From: Chrysomallon squamiferum
Taxonomy: Eukaryota; Animalia; Mollusca
Length of the DNA stretch: 64,000 nt
Direction of reading: 5' to 3'
Assembly: GCA_012295275.1 (NCBI GenBank)
Contig: CM022672.1
Location: 33,046,001-33,110,000, forward strand
The position numbers were made by a program, and so were the translations under genes. Position 1 is the stretch's first letter; each line of letters begins with the position of its first letter. Below are positions 27,319 to 38,700 of the stretch, one piece after another. The notes beneath the pieces are model-generated. The model saw nothing but the letters and a program-made list of their open reading frames with translations, searched no databases and was not told where the DNA came from.

Positions 27319-27975
27319 CAGTAACATCTCGCTTAACGATACCACGCTTTAACAATCTTTCTTCTTTACAAATTATATAAATAGAAATTTAATTTAATAG
27401 TTAATTGCTCGAAATAAATGATACAAATGTATACAGTGCATGTTTTTAAGTCCTTTTTCTTTAATTTTTCGTTCATTCACGAGCTTCTCTCAGTTGTGTT
27501 GATCAGTTGACACGTCATATGTGCATCTGATATTCTGATTCTCTTTTGTCTTCTTCTTCGATTTAGACTTAAACTTGTTTTGAATTTACCCCTCCAATAT
27601 GTCAAAACGAATAACAGTATACCGGCAAATGCTGATGATAAAAGAAACGGAAGATAATAACTTTAGAAACAAAATAAATTATCTTGAATGAAACCAAAAC
27701 CCACAATGAGCGGCATATACTTATTTCTTAGTGTATTTGTATAAATTGATTTATAAATGATTTACTGTTTATTTAATATCTACAATCTATTAAATCATTT
27801 ATGTCTAAACTGCCGTTTTATTTCTCCTTATTTCACCTTTTTTTTTTTATGTCAGATCTCATCAGCGAGAAAGTAACCACTGCTTTTAACCTTAATTCTA
27901 TGTAAATTAGTCTCCCGCTTACCTCACTTAATTATTGGATGTTTTGGAACCAATTATTGTAGTATGGATATTGCT
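27319..27975 (+). mobile_element. Degenerate Tigger/pogo-like DNA transposon remnant
   Basis: Starts TA|CAGTAACATCTCGCTTAACGA, a pogo-like terminus. About 27640-27690 translates as KKRKIITLETK*IILN, resembling the CENP-B/psq HTH start of pogo transposases. The right end is poorly defined. Confidence 0.55.
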
Positions 27976-28007
27976 TATCGCATAAAGTATCAAGAATTAT
28001 CAAGAAG

Positions 28008-28059
<52 letters not shown>

Positions 28060-28508
28060 CAGACGGCATATGTTGTTTATTAAGAAGTTAGACAACACAC
28101 CAAAGATGGGGTAAATGTATAGAATGTTCGTTGTTTTACCGATTAAAAACAAATCTTCTTTGTCTAGTTTCCTAACTGTGGAGTCGGTTCCTTTCTCAAT
28201 CCAGAACATTGCTGGAGGCAGAATTTTCATTCATGGATGAAAGAAAATAATAGGCATTAGTAGAGATGCATCAAATGGTTCTGTTCACTGAACTGTTGAG
28301 GAGGAAGGTCAAAACAGAAAGCATACATAATACAGAATTCTTACAGGGTAGGTTTTAGATTTCTGTTGAAATCTGAGGTCAACATGACAATCAATTAGTA
28401 TCAATATGATACTACAGTATCAATGTGACCATTCTGACAGGTTTTAATATCTACCTGTATCAGTATTTACATGTGTGTCTGTGTGTATCTATATTTATAC
28501 GTGTCTGA

Positions 28509-28553
<45 letters not shown>

Positions 28554-28714
28554 TGATGATTTATTTTCTTTATCCTTTTTCCTTATTTTTATTTGAAACC
28601 ATCATTCAGCGACATTTTAAACTAATTTGTTTTCTTTTTCTTTTCTTTTCTAAAAAAAAATAAATAAAATTGTCATAAATTATCGTGAGATCCATAGTCA
28701 AACATATAAAAAAA

Positions 28715-28905
28715 CAAAGATGTTTTTTGATTAAATACTTGGCAGCAGATAAGCATTTTAGTTCATTTTACAATGAAACAGAATATAAAAACACCTGTTT
28801 GGGGGATATTTTATGTTTGAAAAAATATATCATAAAACTGTAGTTTAAAATGTAGATTGTTATAAATGTTTGTTTTAATAATTTTATTTTGTTTCAGGTT
28901 CGTAA
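28715..28905 (+). pseudogene. Orphan fragment of the TNFR-like gene (last intron + terminal acceptor gtttcag|GTTCGTAA)
   Basis: Colinear with 40672-40865 of copy B. Confidence 0.75.
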
Positions 28906-29233
28906 CAACCAACAAAACAAAAAATAATCCATGTATAACTAACTGCATTATAGATTTCGATCGGAAGTGTCCGTGAGCGCTCGGAAACCATCTGATTGAG
29001 TTTTTAATCTTCAATAATAATAATGATGATGATGATGATGATGATGATGATACAAGATTAAATAAAGTTATTTTATAAATGAATATGAATAAGTTACGCA
29101 GTTTGGGGGAAAATATGTAATACATTATAAATATTTTTATAATAAAATAATAATTAAAAAAAGGTCGTGAAGTTAACAGGGACGATCGTGTACATAAAAT
29201 AAGAAAAATATCTTGCCAATATAGCGTTCATTA

Positions 29234-29286
<53 letters not shown>

Positions 29287-31224
29287 TTTTATGACACTGA
29301 TTAAAGGTTAATATCAAAGCAATGCAGAGAAGAAAATGCCATCGAGTCTAACGTTAAATTTTGAAAAGGAAATAAATTTAACTTCATTTTATTCTTTGGG
29401 GTTTTTTATGTCAAATTTTTCTATATCTGCATCATATCCAAGCTATTCTCACCCACTGTTTAGAGATAATAGCCTATATTAAGCATATAATAATATAAAT
29501 TTACTGTGCGTATGAAAATACACATGCTTCATTTTTATAACATTTTTAATATTTTTACTTGACGATGGTCCATATATAAATATGTTACCCCTCTTGGACA
29601 GTAAAATATACGTTTTCATCATTCAGTGCTACAGCGAATCTCGAATATAAATATGAATGAAACTGTGACGTCACTGAACATTAAATGCGTACATTCCATT
29701 CCTTTCTTTGGTTTCCGTCATCTATGAATGAACACTGTGCCTCGCTGTGCTGTAGTTGAGCTTTTTTTTATCTTTGGGCATGTGTCTAGTGCTGTAGTGC
29801 AGTAGGCTAATATACCCTAACAAGCAGAAGCACACAAGTTCTTCCATCTCTACACAACCTCTCTAATTTAAACCAGTTTATCTAGGAAAACAAAAATAAT
29901 AAAAATAAAAAGCCAGCCTTGTGCTTCCTACAGAATGAATTTCAGGTGTAAATTGTGAAAGGAAATGTTTTATTTTTTATTATGCTGTTAAAATTTGTTT
30001 ATATCAGTATCTGCATTTCCTTTTAGTTATAACTCTATTCCCAACTAATAATAATAAAGGATTATGTTCAGTCAAACACAGACATTATGATACACTACAC
30101 AATACTTTTAATAATCCATGTATAACTAACTGCATTATAGATTTCGATCGGAAGTGTCCGTGAGCGCTCGGAAACCATCTGATAGAATTTTTAATCTTCA
30201 ATATTCCTACTATTTTTCTGAATTTTTTATGATTTACACTAATAAAGGTACGAAGGATGATTGTTCATATTACCAAACCAACCCTTTCCTAACTATTTTT
30301 TCCACTTAATAAAACTTTTCAAACTTTATTAATTTTGTGTAAATGCGTGCATAATAAACTGAAATTGTAATAATAATTTGTTATGAGTTGTTATTAACTT
30401 TTCTAATTGGCAGTGTTACCCGTGTCAGAAACCATTATAAAGAGAGGGAAAAACAAATCAAAAACATGAATAGGTTTACCCAAATATCTCAAATGACTCC
30501 AAACCAATGTGATTACTATTTCTATTCACAGCGAAAATGCAACATCACTTAATTTTTTTCGTGCACGGAATGCAGATGACGTTAGACTCGGTGGAGTTAT
30601 CTTCTCTTCGTTGCTTTGATATTAACATTTAATCAGTGTCATAATAATAATAATAATAATAATAATAATGTAATGAACGCTATATTGGCAAGATATTTTT
30701 CTTATTTTATGTACACGATCGTCCCTGTTAACTTCACGACCATTTTTTTAATTATTATTTTATTATAAAAATATTTATAATGTATTACATATTTTCCCCA
30801 AAATTGCATAACTTATTCATATTCATTTATAAAATAACTTTATTTAATCTTATACTATCATCATCATCATTATTTTTATTATCATTAATCATTCTTCTTC
30901 TTTTGGTGTATTTGTTTCGTGTGTGTATATGTGTGTGTGTTTTTGAAGATTTGCCTTTTAATTTTCAAAAAATATTTCTTTGGAATATGATTAGTATATT
31001 AAAACTACTGTAAAATTTATATTCATAATTATTTTGGTTTAGTTTTCTTTTACCTTTAGTTTCACATACAAATCAAAGAACAAAAAGAGATTATATTTAT
31101 TTCCTTTTTAGCATTTAACAATATATCTGTACAGGTGAAATTAAAATTAATAATTTTGGCATCAACTTTAATTAATAAACAAAATAAAACTATATATATA
31201 TATTTTTTGTTTTGGTTTTATATA

Positions 31225-31256
<32 letters not shown>

Positions 31257-32467
31257 CAGCTATGTTTGTTAACTGATTTTGTAACTGATTTTGTGAAAAC
31301 CCTGTTCTGTTATCAGAGAGTTTCACTGCTGTGCAGAATGTATTAAAGTTTGTTAAGAGGATGTATTTTCTTTCAAGGAAAACCCTGAAACTGGATGAGC
31401 AAGATAGAAAAGAAATTTGACAATTTATGAATTGGCGATTTTATATAAATTCATTATCAGCTATAAAAATATATTTGAAAAGTAAAAGCACAAAAAATAT
31501 AACTAAAAATGTAGATTATAATAATAATGATAAATAAATAAAAATAGTTATAAAAAAAGTTAATTGTCCACGTTTATAGAATTATAATAGCAACAAAACT
31601 TTACTATTGTTATTTCCTAACATTGAAAATTGTTGTAAAAAGAATTTCCTGAGAAAATGAATGTGAGGAAGAGATTGCTGTAGTTGCTAAAGCAAAAGAC
31701 AAGTGCATGACATTTAGATATATATATATATATACACACGGAAACACACACTAACACACAGTAACACAGAAACACTAGCAGAGAAACATACACACACACA
31801 CTCATACAGTAACACACACAAGCATGTGCTCACACCAAAACAAAAATGTTTGCAATAAATTATGTTTATTTATTATTATTATTATAAACAAAATATTTCA
31901 AAAGAAAATCATATTTTATTTTAATGCCTTGTAAAAATAATAAATAAAAGTCACTTTTGTTCCTTTTTTTTATAGCTTTTAAGTAAAATAATAAAACAAC
32001 AATTCTTAATTTTCGAAACAATTTTAAACTTTGAATTCATTACAAGGAATATTTTTATCAGAATATTTTTTTGTCATGCAAAAACTAAATATTTACCAAT
32101 AATTCTTTTCCATCAACTTTTTAAAAACTTTAATTTTCAATAAAATTTAAAAATCAACACTTCTGATTGCTCAAAATTATTTTTAAAATGTTGTATTCTT
32201 TCCAAAGCATAGAAGTGGACTAAACTTGACCTGGATCTCTCGGAAAATATTTAAAAATAAAACGTTATTCATTTAAAATTTTATATTTCTTTAACATGCT
32301 TATTTTTCAACAATATATTTTATTTTCTGTATAATTAAAGTTGTTGCCAAAATAATTAATTTTAATTATTTTTATTTAATTTCATCTGTGCAGATTTATG
32401 GTTAAATTTTAAAAAGTTTAATTTAATTTTATTCTGGGTTTTTCATATGTAAAATTAAAGGTAAAAA

Positions 32468-32513
<46 letters not shown>

Positions 32514-33204
32514 ATGTTATTGGTATTATTGTTATTATTATTATTGTTATTGTTATTATTTTATTTTATTATTATTATTATTATTATTATTATAGATTCA
32601 GCTGATGGCTTTGATATTTATATATTTGTATGATACTGATTAAAGATTAATAAAACGAAGAGAAGATAACTCCATCGAGTCTAACGTAATCTGCCTTCCG
32701 TACACGACAAAAAACACGTGATGTTGCATTTTCGCTGTGAATAGAAATAATAATCACGCTGTTTTGGGGTCATTTGAGATATTTGGGTAAACGTATTCAT
32801 GTTGTTGATTTGTATTTTCCTCCCTGTATAATGGAAAAAATAATAACAAATCTTAAAACAAATTATAATTTCACTTTTATTTTTCAACCATTTACTCAAA
32901 AATAATAAAGTTTGAAAAGTTTGATTAAGTGGAAAAAGTAGTTAGGAAAGGTGTGGTACATCATTGTTTGGAAATATGGACAACCATCCTTAGTACCTTT
33001 ATTAGTGTAAATCGTCAATATGTTGTTGTTTTTGAAAATTGACGTAAAATTACCATGCATTCCTTCATAATGCAATCAGTTCTGCATGGTTTATTAAAAG
33101 TGATTCGGGGAATATATCAGTGCTTTGTTATTTGTTTTTCGTTAGTTTACATAAACATGTCAGATAAAACGCTATCATTTTGTTACATCCAGCTGAAGAA
33201 TATT

Positions 33205-33581
33205 TTCTTTTTTAGCTGCTGGTCAAGTGAAGTTATCTAGTTCATACTGGATTATTTTTCATGCCATATTTGTTATATATCTGCAAGGTAAAAGCAAACA
33301 CAAATATAGTCAGTCAACTGAAATAATATTAACATAAAACAATATAAATAGAATCATTTATCATACTATTTATTGAATCTTAATCAACTTAGTTTTATCA
33401 AAGGAGAAATTCAAAAAAATTCACATAATGTAGAAGCAATGGTACTTAATAATTTATAAATTTAAAAACATAACCTTAATTTTACAAACTTCAATTGGTT
33501 TTAAATATTGAACATTCTTGTTAACATAATTAAATAATACAAATAAATTATCCTGAAGTGCATTGCCAAACATCTCTAAAA
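33205..33581 (+). pseudogene. Orphan copy of TNFR-like exon 4 (33216-33287) plus downstream intron
   Basis: A 72-bp exon with intact AG/GT encoding AGQVKLSSSYWIIFHAIFVIYLQ. Nearly identical to 40310-40670; no upstream Cys-rich exon is present. Confidence 0.85.
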
Positions 33582-33598
33582 ACAAACATCTCTCTGTA

Positions 33599-33945
33599 CA
33601 GTGCAGGATTAACAACGTAGCAGACGTAGCAATTACTTTTTTTTTATTTTTTTTTTTTTTAAATCAAAATGTTGGGAGCTGCTCATGTACCGTCTGATCA
33701 GAGATCACAACACGCAGTCATGTTTACCTGATACTGAAATAATGCTACGCATGTATTTGTGTATGATGGTTATAAACTGCACGGGGAACGGTTCGTGTTT
33801 CAAACTGCGCCGCATACGCAACGAAAGACGATGGGAGGAAAACGTTTAAATATGCTGACGTTGATGAACATCGAATGTGACGTTTCAGAACGACTGACAC
33901 TACTTCCATCAGGGTGTCAGGTGTGCTTTCTTGTTTATCGCTGAT
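33599..33945 (+). mobile_element. hAT transposon remnant (terminus-like start + fragment of the dimerisation domain)
   Basis: Starts CAGTGCAGGATTAAC...GTAGCA. ORF 33759-33944 contains RKTMGGKRLNMLTLMNIECD, matching the hATC motif RSTMxxxRLxxLxLxxIExD. Confidence 0.65.
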
Positions 33946-34719
33946 TACAGTGTCGATGGTTTGGTCAAATCAGAAAGCATGCATAAGGCAGAATACTTAC
34001 AGTAGGTTTAACGTGATATCTGTTGGAATCGTAGGTCAGCATGACCATCAATAATTAGTCATTGATACTTAGTCAGTGTCAATGTGACCATTCTGACTGG
34101 TTTTAATATCTACCTGTATCAGTATTTACATGTGTGTCTGTGTTTATCTACATTTATACGTGAATGTGTGTGTGTGTGTGTGTGTGTGTGATGATTTATT
34201 TTCTTTATCCTTTTTCCTTATTTTTATTTGAAACCATCATTCAGCAACATTTTAAACTAATTTGTTTTCTTTTTCTTTTCTTTTAAAAAAAAAAAAAAAA
34301 TTGTCGTAATTGTCTGTTTGGGGAATATTTTATTTTTAAAAAAAAAAATATATCATAAAACTGTAGTTTAAAATGCAGGAGGAGGTCACATAACTTAATT
34401 ATTAAACAAAATAAAAGCTTTTTTTTTTTTTTTTTTTCATGTCAGCTATGTTTATTAAAGTAGGATTTAAGCATAAAATGCAAAATCCTGATTTGTTGAC
34501 TTGATTGTGGGGATAGAGAAATGAGAAAGAGCACAATTGGTGCAAAATTCTTGTTTCAGATGAATATCTTCTTTTCTAATTACTTACAGAATAATACACA
34601 ACATTCAGTACATGGATTATTTTGATATTTGTAATATTTGCAAACGTTATGCGATAAGGGACATCCATAACCTCTATACAATACTAATCGGTTTCCAAAT
34701 AATGTGGAACCGTTCATTA

Positions 34720-35640
34720 TAATGACTGAGGTAGCAACATGCACGTCAATTAAGACGACCACTGTTCTTAGCAGTTCGACTAGCAGTTCGACTAGTTCGT
34801 AAGCCACGCCCTTTCTGTTTTATGGGTCACAAGTTAATGTCCAAAATGGCGGAATCTGTAGCTCTAAAAAGTATTCCAGATAATGTGTCGGTTTCATATC
34901 TTCATCAGAGCTTGGGCCTTTCCAGAAAAGCACAAGAGAAAGGCTTAAAGTATTTTAGGCAAGGCTACATCCACGATATAAAAATGTCCGACGAAAATCA
35001 ACCGAAAGTTAGATTCTGGCGTGCCATGACGAAATACGACTCGGCGCACAAACTGAAACTGCGTAGTCACGTTTGCTTGGAGACGAAACAACTATCAGAA
35101 GCCAACTGCGCCCGTAAAACTGGATGAATAAGTATATTTTGATATTATACTCATATTGCAGCATGGTTTATTTTAGTGCAAAAAAAAGAAAAAAAAAAGA
35201 GAAAAGTAACGAACTTGAATACAACAAATTGACACACGAGTCTTAAAGCTGCATTGTCAAGGCCATTTGTAATAGTTGAACATTTACAAAAGATCGCCCA
35301 CATTATGTTTGAATTCATCTCACAACCAGTTTTGGTATATGCATCACACACACAGTCACACAGCTTTTGGGGTGTTTTTTTAATTCTCCGTTGGGCCATT
35401 TCTTGTTCCAACCAGAGAATCATGACTGGACATAGTAGGATATTGCGTCTAATTCCACAGCGGTTTTGATTGGATAATATTTCGTCTCAAAAGAAAAAGG
35501 AACAGCTTCCGTTATAAGTTAATCGCGAGAATCAGCGAGATTCAGTTATAATCGGACAATAAAAGGCGCTTCCGTTATAAGTTAATCGGAGAACAGCGAG
35601 ATTCAGTATAGTATATATATATAATATAGCCTGCCAGAAA
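34720..35640 (+). mobile_element. Transposon remnant with truncated ORF resembling the SWIM-finger N-terminus of ISL2EU/Harbinger-associated YqaJ proteins
   Basis: GC-richer island. ORF 34822-35127 reads EKGLKYFRQGYIHDIK...WRAMTK..AHKL...EANCARKTG (decayed AxCxCKAG). Homology to 41415-41450 breaks at about 34720, and about 40-bp direct repeats occur at 35506 and 35568. The family call is from memory of motifs only. Confidence 0.5.
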
Positions 35641-35776
35641 GTGCTTTACTACAGCTCGCTCATTTCATTTCATTTCAACATAAAGATTGAAATAACCAAG
35701 ATTTAAGAAAATTCTGTAACAGAATTTATTTTGTTCTATTAACTGTTCAAAATTGTGAAAATTTTTATTCAGAAAT

Positions 35777-38700
35777 ATGAAAAACCAGACTACTCTGCCT
35801 GTAATTGCTTTTATCATTCTGATGGGATCAGTGATCCGACCAGTCTTGGTGAGTATAAATATATATATTTTTTTTTTACATTTCCTATTTACTCAAATTA
35901 TACAGAATTAATAAACATATTATAGTAACTGTATTCCATTATTTAGGTATGTGGATTTAGTGTTCAGTTCTCCCGCCTGCTTTCGATTGAAACACAGTGA
36001 ACAATTCTAGCCGCTGTAATATTTTAACATTTCCCCCTCTATCTTTGTTAATAATCAAGCTTTCTTGATGAAATTTTCAGTGAAGACCAATGCCAATCTC
36101 TGCTATCGATTATATTTGTAAAAATTAGAAAGAAGTTATTAATTAAGGTACCAGCAGCCTAACAAACATAAGTGGAAAAAGTGCCGATTTTGTCCATTTC
36201 CCGCCCATCCCAAATCCCTTCTGTAAAATTTAACATCAAAAACAATTACACTCAAATACAGATTAATATGCGCTCTTTTAAATGGTGATGTTGTTTTTGT
36301 TATGTGTTAAATCAGTAGTTTGTATAAGAGTGTTAAACGTGGTGGGGGTAAGCGAAATTTGTGAACATCCCTAAAGCTAAAGCGGTGTCGCTCTACGAAG
36401 CGCTCATCTGAAGGCGGAGTCGCTTTTCTTAACTATTTTTAGCACCCAAGAAAAGAACGTCATAGTTCGATATTTCTAACATCGTTAGAATTATTTATTA
36501 TTTCTAATATCGTCGCTATTAATACCAATGGCGTGTAAATTTATAACAAAAGTTATGTCCACAAATGTATATTGCTTGCCTAAAAATAAATTTAAAAAAA
36601 TAAATTAAGAAAGAAAGAAAAAAAGAGTAACAAACATATAAAAGAACCTCTGCTATTTAAAATGATAGAAGCTATGTTTATATTTTTAGTAATTTTGGGG
36701 ATGCATAGTTTTCTCCTGTGTTCGGATTTCTAAAGTATATACATTATAATATGAATGCGATCGTGTTTTGCTTTAAAAATTCTTGCGATAAATGGTGAAT
36801 TAAAAATCATAAACATAACAAACTGTACTACAAAACAGTACAATGAATGTATTCTGTGAATCTAAGTACCAGAGGTATTCGTAGAATATTAAATACGAAA
36901 CGTACAACTTTTTTTTTTTTTTAATCGTGAAACCATAAACTGATAAATCATAAAGTGTTCAGTTTTAAAACTTAGGTTATTTTTGCTTCAAGTGTTGATT
37001 TGCTCCATCAGAGAAAACATCAGCAGATGGTCACATGATACATTGATAGGTATCTTTTGTTTGCTGTCAAATCACCAGGAAGTACAAACACAAAGCCAAG
37101 AAAATTATTTTGTCTGCTTCAAATGACAGTTACAATACCTGTGTCTTTAATTGTCATGATTACATACACAATGTATTGCTCCTAATAAAGACCGGCAACA
37201 CCTTTCTGGAGTCGATTCCAAGGATTATACGAGTTTATGTATTGCAGAGGATTATAGTTAACATCAAATGCTAGTAATCGGTAAAACAATATTAATTCGT
37301 TTATTTCAGAACGAATACATATTATATTTAGTAAAAGTCACAACATCCAATAAAACATGCATCCTACAAGCTATTAAAAATATAATCAACATAATTTTGA
37401 AGAAAAAAAAACAGAAACTCAAACTGGCGATATAACGCCAACAAACCATATTTCACGAGGTAAAAATTACAATTAAGAGCCTCGAAGCTGCTTGATAAAA
37501 TTTCAAAGACAATAAGATAATAAAACTAATTATTATGTCCAGCTTCTTTTCATTCGTGTCACATAACCGGTTTTAGTTATTGTAGCATGTTGAAAATTCC
37601 GTAAAAGTTTCAAGATGGCGATCGAACACCAAAATGACCAAAACCAAAATACCATATTTCACGAGGCAATCATAACAATTGAATGCGACCATAACTTTTG
37701 ATAAAATTTTAAAGACAATAAGATAAAAAACCAAAGTTAATGTCTACTTACCTTTCGTTCGTGTCCGTAGCTGGTTTTAGTGGTTCAAGTGTGTTGAAAA
37801 TTCATAATTTTCTAAAAAGCAGTGTAGGCACAGAAAAAAACGGAATCAAAATATTCGAAATCGTGAGCACTTATCAATATCCTGTCTGTGTTTTTATGCA
37901 GAAATCCCAAGTAAAGAATATAACACGAGTCAAGAAAAGCGAACAAACGGCGCCCCCCCAGTGCGAAACACGATTTCTGTGGAACAGCTAATTGGTAAGA
38001 AACGGCAGCCGCTAATTGCGAGTATCTGCACATACCTACTTTATTAAACTTAAAAACATTTTTCCTTTATAAAATTTGGAATATCACCAAAAATGCTCAT
38101 TTTTGGTATCACACATTGTATATAAATAAATCACTTCATTTTTGTTTCCAGATCTTCAGATATGAATAGTGGTAATTATTTCAACATTTTTCATGCATGC
38201 AGTTATTTATAAATAAGTCTGTAAAAAGCTGTAAACTGAACGATTATTTTTCCTAACTTTGATGGCATGAGTAAAAAGTAAATAATTTGCTACTTCTCAT
38301 TTTCCTGTCTTGATAAAATCAGTTTCTTTTGTTTGGGTTCATGGTTTTGTATTTTTTCTTGCTGTTGTTGCGTTTGATGTATTTTAGTTTTTGTTCTTGT
38401 TAGTTGTTTTTAAGTTTTATATGCATTTAAATTCAGCTTCTTTTGTTTGGTTCATGCATGGTTCTAGTTTTTTTTTTTTTTTTTTTTTTGCGTTTTATGT
38501 ATTTAAGTTTTTCTTTTTGTTATTTTTAGGATCAGTATGCATTTAATTCATATTAATTTTAAGTGGTGTAGTGGGTTTTTTCTCCTTCTGCTGCTATAGT
38601 GCAGTAGATGTGTCTGTTGCTATAGTGCAGTAGGCTTATATACCATAACAAGCAGAACCACACAAGATCCACTAGTTCATACATATCCTCTCTAATTTTT

